In this document: in pieces, positions 1 to 10,200 of the stretch
Position numbering within the stretch: the first letter of the stretch is position 1
Layout of the letters: each line of letters starts with the position of its first letter
Source: Proteromonas lacertae
Taxonomy: Eukaryota
Direction of reading: 5' to 3'
Assembly: GCA_002245135.1 (NCBI GenBank)
Contig: NGBS01000614.1
Span: 48,466 to 68,465, forward strand
DNA length: 20,000 nt
Position numbers and translations under genes: made by a program
Notes under the pieces: model-generated
Told to the model about the DNA's origin: nothing
What the model saw: the letters and a program-made list of their open reading frames with translations, nothing else
The model's database searches: none

Positions 1-2156
1 ATCACATTAGTCATTTGTTTAATAACATACTCTGATGAAATTGTTTCTAATTGAGCTAAATATATTATTGTATTTATTGTAGATTGAACAATATCTTCAT
101 TTTTATCTCTCAATCTCTTTGTTAATAACGAGAATGTGAAATTCAAACCTTTTATGAATGAACCACGAGGTAATCTTGTCACATTTATTCTTTTTATTTG
201 ATTTGAGTAAAGATCAGTAATGAAATTCATTGTTTCATCATATACCAACTTTATATCATCTTTTAATAAATGTTCCATTGCATAATAGATGGATTGATAA
301 ATATAATATGGTTCAAATTGTCTTGGTATTACTTTAATATAATGATGAATTATCTATTTCAATAATATACTATAATATTTATACATAAACTGCAGCTCTT
401 CTTAATCTGAATTGTTTTGAATATATTGATAATAATGTCAATCTATTATGATAATTCAATAAGAAAATATATACTCTCCAAATACTGGTGCTAATGAATT
501 CAACTCATAAATCGGTCCTTTGTGCATTTTCTCAGGCATTTCAATATCTCTTTGACTATCAATATATTTCTTCATTATTTTATCTAACGGATGCTTCAAA
601 TCAATTGGTACTGTCAAATATTCATCATCTTCTTTCTTTTCAATTACTATCGGAGAATGTACTAGTGGTGAATTATGTGGAGGTGATTCTACTGGAGGTG
701 TTTCTATTGGTGATGGTAATACTAATTGTTGTACAGCTGTAGGTGGTGGACTTGGTTCAACTGGTCTTTCAGGAATATACTCTGGCGGTGTTGCTGGATG
801 TGGTGGTACAGGATTACTTGGTCTTTTAGGAATAGATCTTGCAGAATCGATTATTTTGAATGACATATTAGGTGTTGGAATTGCATTGAGTATTTTATCA
901 GCATCATTTGGAGTTCCTGATTTTGAACCAAATGGAGTTGGATAGGGATTGTATATTTCTGATATTATTACTGGTGTATATGGAGGAGTATAGACAACTG
1001 TTGATTTGGTTGTTGCAATACTTATTGTTGTGGTTTTTGATGATGCTGTTGATGGTGGTTTTACACTTTCTGGTTTCTTCCATACAACATCATCAGGTAA
1101 TTTACAGTATAGATGTAATTCAGGTCTAGCTTTCTAATTATAATAAATAAAATTATATATAGAGAGAAAATAATACTTTTGCAATATCATCTCTTCTTTG
1201 CTTTGCTTTCTTCAACTCTTGTCTAATAAGTTCATTCTTTGGATTCATTTTTAATGATTTCTATATACAGTAATTAACCAATATTTATACATTTAATTTA
1301 GAGATACAACTTCCTTCTAAAATTAGTTCATTTGCTGTGGATATATAATCCATTATAGTTGAAGATGCTTGAGGAGATTTTGATGTTTTTTCTGCAATAA
1401 TTGAATTCTCAATCTGTAACAACATTGCTCCAGTTTTACTATCAATCTATTTTCAGTAAAAATATTATATTAATAATAAATACAACTGTTTTCTTACTAT
1501 TTCCTCTATTGTAACTATCAATTTCATATGGCTAATTCAAATAAATAAATAAATAATATTTCAATATATATATACTAATATTTTATCATTTGGAATAACA
1601 ATTCCATTGAAATTCATTGATTGTATTGATACTTTCTGTTTTATATTTGCTGGAGATGGATAATGCTCATGTATTAGGAATTGTATGTATTGACAACAGT
1701 TAAAGTTAAAATTGACTTTGAAAACTTTGTGATATGAATCTGGATTGTTTATCTCTTCATTAATAATTAGTTTGTCAAATAAAGTATATTCTTTTCTGTT
1801 TTTAAATTATACAATAAATAAATACATAAAAGGAGGATCTTTTGTGTATATTTCTATTACTCTAGGTAAATAGGGTCTAATAATATAAAATCAATATAGC
1901 CATACCCAATTAAAAGGAACTTGCATATTTTCTATTTCTGCTCTGTAGTGTAGCAGTATTTCCAATTTAACAGGTAGGTCAGGATATCTAATTTGATAAT
2001 CTATATATTATACGATGATGATGACCAACAAGCATTCCGATCATTCAAAACACCTGTTTCAGAATTTAAATTACCTGACTTTGATAAACTATCCTCACTA
2101 GAACATGAAACAATTTTGTAAGGTATGGGAACAACACCTTCTCTTTGATTCAGCAT
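1..2156 (-). CDS. CEP104: CEP104-like protein (N-terminal jelly-roll, helical segment, Pro/Thr-rich linker, TOG/HEAT domain); 3' end lies outside the window; one apparent +1 frameshift
   Basis: ATG at 2156. GT-AG introns at 1988-2013, 1877-1905, 1796-1825, 1532-1575, 1447-1483, 1261-1290, 1134-1176, 443-474 and 354-384. The spliced protein reads IPYKIVSCSSED...CWSSSSYPDLPVKLEILLHYRAEIE/ICKFLLIGPYLPRVIEIY...QYIQFLIHEHYPSPANIKQKVSIQSMNFNG, matching the CEP104 jelly-roll pattern. It continues PEKM...LAPVFGELTLLSIYSKQFRLRRAAV...EHLLKDDIKLVY...SLLTKRLRDKNEDIVQSTINTIIYLAQ, matching the CEP104 TOG domain. ORF 456..866 is the Pro-rich linker. The frame requires removing one base from the T run at 1928-1931. 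Confidence 0.72.
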
Positions 2157-2290
2157 TAAATCATAAGAAGTTTAAAAAAACTGATTAAAAAAGCTTGAAA
2201 ATTGTCAAACTGGTTTGTCATTTTCATTTTGATTTTAAAAAATCGATTAGTTGTTAGAAGCTTAAACTAGATATTTATTTATAATATAAC

Positions 2291-3253
2291 ATGAGTGAGG
2301 ATATTTCTATTGACACACTTGATAATTGGATCGGTGACTTGAAAGACTTCAAAATTATCTCTGAGCTTGAAGTAAAGAAATTATGCAACAAGGTATTTTT
2401 TATTGTTGTATTTTTTATATGCTAGGCAAGAGAGATTTTAATGGAAGAGTCTAATGTACAACCAGTTCCTTGTCCAGTCACAATCTGTGGTGATGTGCAT
2501 GGTCAATTCCATGATTTAATTGAATTATTTAAGATTGGTGGTAATTCTCCAGATACAAACTATCTATTTATGGGTGATTATGTTGATCGTGGTTATTATT
2601 CAGTAGAATGTGTTACATTGTTAATAACTTTGAAAGTTAGATATAAGGATAGAATATTTTTAACTCGTGGTAATCATGAATCAAGACAAATCACACAAGT
2701 TTATGGTTTTTACGATGAATGTTTAAGAAAATATGGAAATGCCAATGTGTGGAAATATTATACTGATTTATTCGATTATTTACCTCTTACTGCTATAGTA
2801 GAAGGCCAAATATTCTGTTTACATGGTGGATTATCTCCATCAATTAAATCATTAGATAATATTAGAGCTATAGATAGAGTGCAAGAAGTACCCCATGAAG
2901 GTGCAATGTGTGATTTATTATGGTCTGATCCAGATGATAGAAACGGTTGGGGTATTAGTCCAAGAGGTGCAGGTTATACATTTGGTAAAGATATTTCAGA
3001 GACATTTAATCACACTAATAATCTATCACTTGTCGCTAGAGCACATCAATTAGTAATGGAAGGTTATAATTGGGCGCATAATCAGAATGTTGTTACTATA
3101 TTCTCAGCACCTAATTACTGTTATCGTTGTGGTAATCAAGCTGCAATTTGTGAGGTTGATGAGAAGATGAAATATACATTTTTGCAGTTTGATCCTGCAC
3201 CACGTAGAGGTGAGCCTCATGTAACTAGGAGAACTCCTGATTACTTCTTGTAA
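2291..3253 (+). CDS. PP2Ac: Serine/threonine protein phosphatase 2A catalytic subunit
   Basis: Exon 1 at 2291-2392 ([34 protein letters not shown]) and a 33-nt GT-AG intron at 2393-2425 join in frame to ORF 2441..3253. PPP motifs GDVHG, GDYVDRG, RGNHE and [11 protein letters not shown] are present, with the PP2A-type C-terminus RRTPDYFL. Confidence 0.97.
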
Positions 3254-3478
3254 TATCATAATAGTAAAAATATAATAATTGTCATTAATTATTCTAAAAA
3301 TCAAATTATTTCTTTATATATATTCGTTTGTGTTGTTTTATAAACCCTAAATAAACAATAAAAAAACCATTATTCCAGAGATCGTTTATAATTGACTAAA
3401 AATCTTACACTTTTATAAACATTAATAATAATAATAATATATCAATTTATAAAAAATCTCTGAATTGAATAAGAATCT

Positions 3479-4631
3479 TTAATTAAGTGGTTTGTTAATC
3501 CAAGCAGTAGGAGTCACTGGCACAGTAGCAGTAGCAGTAGTAGCAGTTGTATTTGTAGTAGTATTACTAACATTATTGTTATTACCATTATTATCTGGAT
3601 TAGTAGGTGGAGGTAATGGAGGCCAATCGTTAATAGTATCAGATATAACGTTTTGAGTTGTATATTTTCTATTATTATAACCCATTTGATTATTATTATT
3701 ATAATTATTATTGTAATGTCTATGATTTCTGTTATTTCCGTTAGAATTATTATTATTTTGGAAATTGGAATATGTTAATCGATTATTATTATTATTATAT
3801 TGTCTTGGATGATAATTACTTCTATATTCAGAATTATTTTGATTATTACCAGTAGTTGTTCTATTACTTCCTGTAGATATATTATTATTATTATTATTAT
3901 TTGTTGTTGTTGTTCCACTAGTTGTAGTATTAGTTATTGAATCGTTATTATCTAAAGTACCAGTATTAGTTGTCAATGGATTTGCTGCTGCTGTTGTTGT
4001 TGTTGATGATGATGCATCCAGTTCATTTACATTATTTTGATGATTTTTATTACTATAATATTATATATATATTAATACACTTTTCTTAATTGTTCACTAC
4101 CATGTGCAAATTGACACATATCTCCATATCTACAATAACCAGTATTATTAAAATTTTTACATAATTCCGTCTTATACAATGCTGATTTAGCTACTTTAGG
4201 TAAATTATTACTTCTATTGTAACTTGCTTGTGAAGATGTCCTTCTTGTTGAATAAGGAAAGTAATGCATTGAATATGAATAAGGTGGAGGAAAGTAATAG
4301 TAATTCATATCTAATAATGACACATTAGAATGTCCGTCATTTCCAGTAGCATTTGATGCTTCTCCTCCTCCTGCATTCATTGAAGATATTTGTTGAGTTA
4401 GTAAATCAACTTCAGAATAATCAGTGGCCGGAAGATGTAATTCCTATATTTTATATTAATTAGATAATTAATAAATACATCAGAAATGTTAGTATAGTTG
4501 TTTTGCCACATTTGGTTTGGAGATGTGTTATTACTATCAAATTCATAGAATACAAATATATACGATGAAGAGTTCATAGATTGAGCAATATGATTTGAAG
4601 AGTTCAAATTCATAGAGTCAGTTGAATCCAT
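3479..4631 (-). CDS. CCCH zinc-finger RNA-binding protein (single TIS11/ZFP36-type finger) with Asn/Thr-rich low-complexity C-terminus, about 353 aa
   Basis: Introns at 4534-4563, 4444-4478 and 4053-4078 join ORFs 4398..4631, 4072..4380 and 3479..3976 in frame. The finger LYKTELCKNFNNTGYCRYGDMCQFAHG has the YKTELC lead-in and C-x8-C-x5-C-x3-H spacing. Confidence 0.85.
3520..4015 (-). repeat. Coding trinucleotide low-complexity tracts (poly-Asn, poly-Thr, Thr/Ala) in the CCCH gene
   Basis: Several (TTA)n and (TGT)n runs on the + strand, for example 3881-3912, encode N and T runs on the minus strand. Confidence 0.8.
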
Positions 4632-4889
4632 TTATCAAAATCTACAATGCTATTACCTATAAGTCTACTAATATAAGATAATGATATAGAATTTAAAATA
4701 AATACAATTAAATAATTTAATACTCACTCTTAAAACCTCTTAATTTTGAGTTAATGAAAAATTAATTTGACTGTCAAGCCTTTTCTTCAAACAAAACTAA
4801 TTTTCTCAACAAATATCAATTTCTGATTGAATAAATCATGTTTAGAAAATTATAAACTACACAAATAAACACATAACAAATAAATATAA

Positions 4890-5690
4890 GATTAAATTCA
4901 TTTATATAGATTTTACTCTTCTTTTTAATAATCACAGTTTGTTTCATGATTATCTACATTTATTTATTCCAATCATTCCAATAATATTCTTTTTCATATA
5001 CTACATTATCATGTAATGCATTTTCAGTTCTATTCCCTAAATGTTCAACTTCTATAAACATAAATACTATATAATATAAGAATGTATATAGTAATGTGTA
5101 AAAACATATTATAATTGGTCAGTAAATTCTATTTTTCATTTTTGATCAATGAAAGTAAGTAAAAATATAAATCATCCCAATTTATCGATTTATAATCATT
5201 GCAATATATATAATATATACGTTCTTATAAAATTATCACTCACATTTAATAGAAAAGAGAAATGTAATTATTCATTTCTATTTTGCTCAAGTTTATGGCT
5301 TGAACATTCCTCAATTTTTTTCATTTTTCATACATAACTGATACTGCCACTTCACATATCCCCAATTGTGATCAGATAATCAAAGGGGAAAGGAAAAAAT
5401 ATATAAATTTATGTAGAATTATTTAATTTAGATTTAACTTTAACAAATAATCTAATCATGTTTTAGCATCTACATGTCTACTTCCACATTAATTCATATT
5501 AGTATTCATTACAAGCATCTTCTAAACACTCTAAATTAAATGTGATTGTTTTGTCTTTGTTATTATTTTCATCTAAAAGAATTACTTTGCAAAAAGTATT
5601 GAACTTTCTTAAATCAATATCTAAATCAGTGAAGTATGTTTTTTTTCTGTTTCAAAATATATAGCCGTTTAGTTAATAATTTCAATTCTT
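4890..5690 (-). pseudogene. Possible decayed or mis-assembled gene of unknown family
   Basis: Coding-like minus-strand segments (TYFTDLDIDLRKFNTFCKVILLDENNNKDKTITFNLECLEDA; LSDHNWGYVKWQYQLC; EVEHLGNRTENALHDNVVYEKEYYWNDWNK) are separated by stops, frame changes and intron-like GT-rich spacers. No start codon was found. Confidence 0.3.
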
Positions 5691-5727
5691 TTTATTTACG
5701 TAACTAGTTTATATATAATAATTTGGA

Positions 5728-6663
5728 ATGAAAAATAATAGAATGCAGGAAGAATTGAAATATAATTTTACAATGCAAAGGTTTGTACTAGCATCTAAAC
5801 AAAATAATAATGAAAAGCAAGAATTGAAAGATGTACCATTGCCTAAGTCTGTAGCTTTGATAGATAAATCTACATCAACCAATGGTTTAGAGATGTTGTG
5901 TAGAAATGAAGGAATTTATGAAAGAAGCCTTAATTATACTATTGATGATGAAAAAGAGTTAGAACAAGCAAGACATTTAGATGAAATATCCAAAAGATTA
6001 GAAGATAAATACAAACTCAAATCAAAAGCTAAAAAAGAACTGGATGAAGAAGAATTAAAGAATAATCGAAAGATAGTAATAGAGAATTGGAATAATCACA
6101 CATTAAACAAACATAAAACATCTGCAAAGTGTAATGATGAATGTTTTAATCCAATAATAGATAAAGATGGAAAACTGTATTGTGTTTTATGTAATTTTCA
6201 AATCAACAATTGGGAAAGTCACAAAACTTCTACAATTCATTTATTCAATAATAATAAAATCGAAATAAAAAGTAATCCACTATTTTTAGATATGAATAAC
6301 AAAGGATATGAATTATTAAATAAAATGGGATGGAATATTGATAAAGGACTTGGAAAGAATGAAAATGGTATAATTGATCCAGTATATACAGTATTAAAGA
6401 ATAATAAAAGTGGAATAGGATATGAAAAGAAAGAAAAAAGAATAACTCATTTTCCTAGTCATAATGAATATGAAAAGAAAATAAGTAAAGATGGTTTATC
6501 TGATGGTTTGAGAAGTATGATTGAATATGAAGAAAATCGATTAAAAAGAAAATTATGTGTATTTTCAAAGAAAGAACGAAAAAGAAGAAGAGAAAAGGAA
6601 GCAAAAGAGAAAGAGAAAGAAAGAAACAGAATAAAATTTGAATTAATAGAAGATTTCAAGTAA
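5728..6663 (+). CDS. G-patch domain protein with C2H2-like zinc finger, GPANK1/BAT4-like but without ankyrin repeats
   Basis: Intronless 311-aa ORF. YCVLCNFQINNWESHKTSTIHLF is followed directly by the G-patch NNKGYELLNKMGWNIDKGLGKNENGIIDPVYTVLKNNKSGIGY and a charged K/E/R tail, as in the GPANK1 C-terminal half. Confidence 0.85.
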   Translation: MKNNRMQEELKYNFTMQRFVLASKQNNNEKQELKDVPLPKSVALIDKSTSTNGLEMLCRNEGIYERSLNYTIDDEKELEQARHLDEISKRLEDKYKLKSKAKKELDEEELKNNRKIVIENWNNHTLNKHKTSAKCNDECFNPIIDKDGKLYCVLCNFQINNWESHKTSTIHLFNNNKIEIKSNPLFLDMNNKGYELLNKMGWNIDKGLGKNENGIIDPVYTVLKNNKSGIGYEKKEKRITHFPSHNEYEKKISKDGLSDGLRSMIEYEENRLKRKLCVFSKKERKRRREKEAKEKEKERNRIKFELIEDFK

Positions 6664-6727
6664 AATTAGATAAGTATATTAATATTTATGTGAATAAGTA
6701 CACTCTTTATTCTTTTCTTTCATTCAT

Positions 6728-6750
6728 TATATATATATATATATATATAT
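6728..6750. repeat. (TA)11 microsatellite
   Basis: Perfect TA dinucleotide run in intergenic DNA. Confidence 0.9.
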
Positions 6751-6792
6751 CCATTATAAATGAGAATTTAAGTATGATGGAGTGAGGTTGTA

Positions 6793-7107
6793 ATGGAATT
6801 GATTATAATAAAGTAAATCATATTAATAATAATCCATTTTTGTGTTTTAAGATATTCAAAATCAGGAGTTTATGCAATAGACTATACAAAGAATCTTCTT
6901 ACAAAAGCAGGCTGTAAAAACATTCTTGATGTTTTTGTTGATATGAACTATATGGAAGGATGTGAAGAAGCAAGAGATTTAGTGATTCAAATGGAATTTA
7001 CAATTGATGTATTAAAAACAGATTATTTAGAAGCTTTAAAAGCTGAAGGATCTAAAAATGCATATTATGTTGATGATTTTGGTTTTGTTTTGAGTATATG
7101 GATTTAA
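6793..7107 (+). CDS. Hypothetical small protein of about 91 aa, absent from the ORF track
   Basis: ATG at 6793, putative intron at 6813-6851, then an 84-codon open frame YSKSGVYAIDYTKNLLTKAGCKNILDVFVDMNYMEGCEEARDLVIQMEFTIDVLKTDYLEALKAEGSKNAYYVDDFGFVLSIWI*. Composition is purine-rich and coding-like. The true start is uncertain. Confidence 0.5.
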
Positions 7108-7284
7108 GATATATTATATGTCAAAATATTTTCCATGTAATAAGGTAAATTAATAAAGAAATAAATGCATGTATATGCCTTATAAATAATATGTCATAAA
7201 CATGATGAAATAAAAAAACTGTATTAGGTTGTATATTTTTGTATTTTCATTTTACGCGTCATCAATTGATAAAAAGATTCTGTA

Positions 7285-10200
7285 ATGCCAACTCTTGCAT
7301 TTGTTATTATTTGTATATTTGTTCGTATTATTAATGTAGGCTTGTGTTTAACTCACTCAAATGCACAAGATTCCTTCAGTTATGGAAATTCAAAACCAGA
7401 TTATGTTGTAGGTAAAGAAATCACTCCAAACCAACCAAATATGACTCTAGAAGGTGGGACATTCTCAATTTCCCCTTTATTGAGTAAAGGTCTCTCTTTA
7501 GATCAAACAAGTGGAGTGATTAGTGGTACTCCTCAAGAGCAATATCAAGCAAATTATACCGTTACCTTAAAGTCATCTGATGGTTTGATGATGACAGCTT
7601 CTATCGAAATGAAAAGTATATTTTGTGAATTTATTGTGTAGTTTGGGATATTCCAACCACGTTAACTTGTGGTTTAGTTAAGTTATCTATCGCAACAAAT
7701 CAATCAGATTCATTCCCCTGTAAAAGTGATAAAAAAGTGAAAAGTTGGTCAATTAGTTTTAATCCAGCTGGTTCATATCCAATTTCAATATCAACTGATG
7801 GAATATTGAAACTGAATAAATTACCACCTCCAGAAGATCCAATAACGTATATATTTAATGTTATATAACAATAATAGAGTAACAATAAATGCTGAAAATC
7901 CAGCTGGTAAAAGCACAACTTCAACTTCAATTATAATCTCAAAATCATCTCAAGAAATAAAATCAGGTTTAAATGTGAGAGTAGATGATGTGAATGACTT
8001 TTATTGTGGTCATGATTATGGAATTGGAACAATTTATTACAGTAAAACAACAATATTAGACAATTTAGATGGATTAGATGGAGATGATGCTTATTCTGTT
8101 TGGGATGAAAAATTGGATGGATTTTTAACAACTAATAATGTAAAATATTGGAATTATACAATAGAAGGATCAATTTATGCTCCAGAATATGGTAGTTACA
8201 TATTTCATAAGAATTCAGATTTTACAAATTACAAGATTTATATTGACGATAAAAAAGTAATTACAGAAGATGGTATTGAAGAAGAAGAATATTGGTCTTC
8301 TTATTATACTTATTGTAGCGTTTGGTCAAAATCAAGTTCTACAGATAGTGTGGACTTAATATCTGGTTATCATTCAATCAAGATAGTTGGTCATTATGCA
8401 TATAAACAAGAAGAATGTTATGAAAACTGGGATGATTATTATTGTTATGATATGACAAGCACAGCTGCTTATAAATTTTTGTTAAAATGGAAAATACCAG
8501 GTGAAACAGAAGAACAATCTATTCAATATTATCAATCATTAGCTAAATATGATGTTATTTCTTATTTGACATTTGATAGTCAATATTATACAATGCCAAT
8601 CAATTCATATTTTGAAATTCCATTCAAAATAGAAAGAGGATTAGCAAGTGAATGTATAACAGGAAATAATGAAATAACAGCTGATATAACAAAGAATATA
8701 TTGAAAGGACAAGTTAATCGTGTTGGTCTTCTTCGATTAACAGTAAAATGTTCAACTGAAACATCCACAACCAATATGGTATTTTTATTTGTTGATGTAG
8801 TTGATAAATATGTAAAAGGAATAGTTGTTTATTATCTTAAATCTGATGATTTTGATACAAGTTGTTCAATTCCTTATACTCCTTCAAGTGAAGGTGTTAA
8901 AACTGAAATACTTCGATTAGAAGATGAGATAAATGAAGAATATAATCCAATCCAATCAATCTGGGATGGTTTAACTCCCAATTTTGCCAGTGAATTTGGA
9001 GTAAATTGGGAAGGATATTTAAAGATAGAAACATCTGGAAATTATACATTCAATTTAACCTCAGTTCAAGGATCTTGGTTATTTATTGATTATGTCGAAG
9101 TAATAAATCACAAAGGAATTCATGATTGGAGTTGCAAAACAGGAACAAAATACTTAAGTGAAGGATATCACTTCATAAGAGTGAATTATATGAAGAATGT
9201 AGGAGGAAGTGGAATAAAACTGTTATATAAGAATGAGATAGAAAATGAATATAAATATTTGACAGGTAATTTATATTTTGTTCCAAGAGGTGATTTTGAA
9301 TATCGAGTTAGTTATGCAGTTTATATAGTGAATAATCGAATATCTGACAATATTCCATTTATCGAAGGAAACAAAGAAATAAATGAATGTATATCTGAAC
9401 CTAGTTTACCTCCTGGTTTAGAATTATCTGGTTGTACAATTCGTGGAAGACCAACAACAGTTCAAGATATATCATCCTATGTGATAAGTGGTAAATTAGA
9501 AGATGGCTCAACAGTAAATGCCACAATATCTATAAAAGTGATAGGAGATACTAAACCTCAAGGATTACATATAAAAGATTTAGATAATGAAGGAACATCA
9601 ATAACTGAATTGAATTTGTTTATTGGAAATGAAAGTCATTTATTGATAAGTGTTGATAGTGGTTCTGTGATTTATTATGAATTACCAGTTGTTCCTGGTG
9701 GCTTTACATATGATAAATATACAGGAAGAATAACAGCTGTTGCAACTGAATATTTAACAAATTATACATTGGAAATTCGAGCTTATTATTCCAATACTGA
9801 ATTTGTAAGTACCAAAATTGTGACAAATGCGATAAGTGGATGTTCAGGTGAATATAAACCTCATTTTGTAGAAGTAGTTGATACAATAAATCCAAGAACT
9901 GGATATATTGATACTGACATTGAAAATGCAAATGGAAAAATAATAGTTGAATATACAATTCCAGCAGGACCACTTCCTTTATATTTTCCTGTTATATGTT
10001 TAATTCCTGGAGATTATAAATTTTATGCTAATGACTTTCAAAAAGGAGATGGAAGTTTTTACTTTGATTTTTATACTGATGGAAAATTAGCTGATAGAGC
10101 AGAATTACAACGTTATAAATCAAAAACATTTAATATAAATACTGTTCCAAAAAAACCAATTATAGACTATCCTAAAAGTACAAAAGTTGAGTTTTATTTA

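Noticed and set aside
488..1129. Plus-strand ORFs 488..742 and 908..1129
   Set aside because: Antisense shadows of the Pro/Thr-rich CEP104-like exon, with no motifs of their own.
3104..3304. Minus-strand 66-aa ORF
   Set aside because: Antisense to the conserved PP2A C-terminus.
3342..3351. AAACCCTAAA telomere-like or telo-box unit
   Set aside because: A single copy in a convergent 3' intergenic region, expected by chance.
5149..5337. Plus-strand 62-aa ORF
   Set aside because: Low-information AT-rich frame. The coding-like signal here is on the opposite strand.
6459..6659. Minus-strand Phe/Ser-rich ORF
   Set aside because: Antisense of the K/E/R-rich tail of the G-patch protein.
7254..7259. 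ACGCGT (MCB-like cell-cycle box) upstream of the surface protein
   Set aside because: A single hexamer with no support that this element operates in this lineage.
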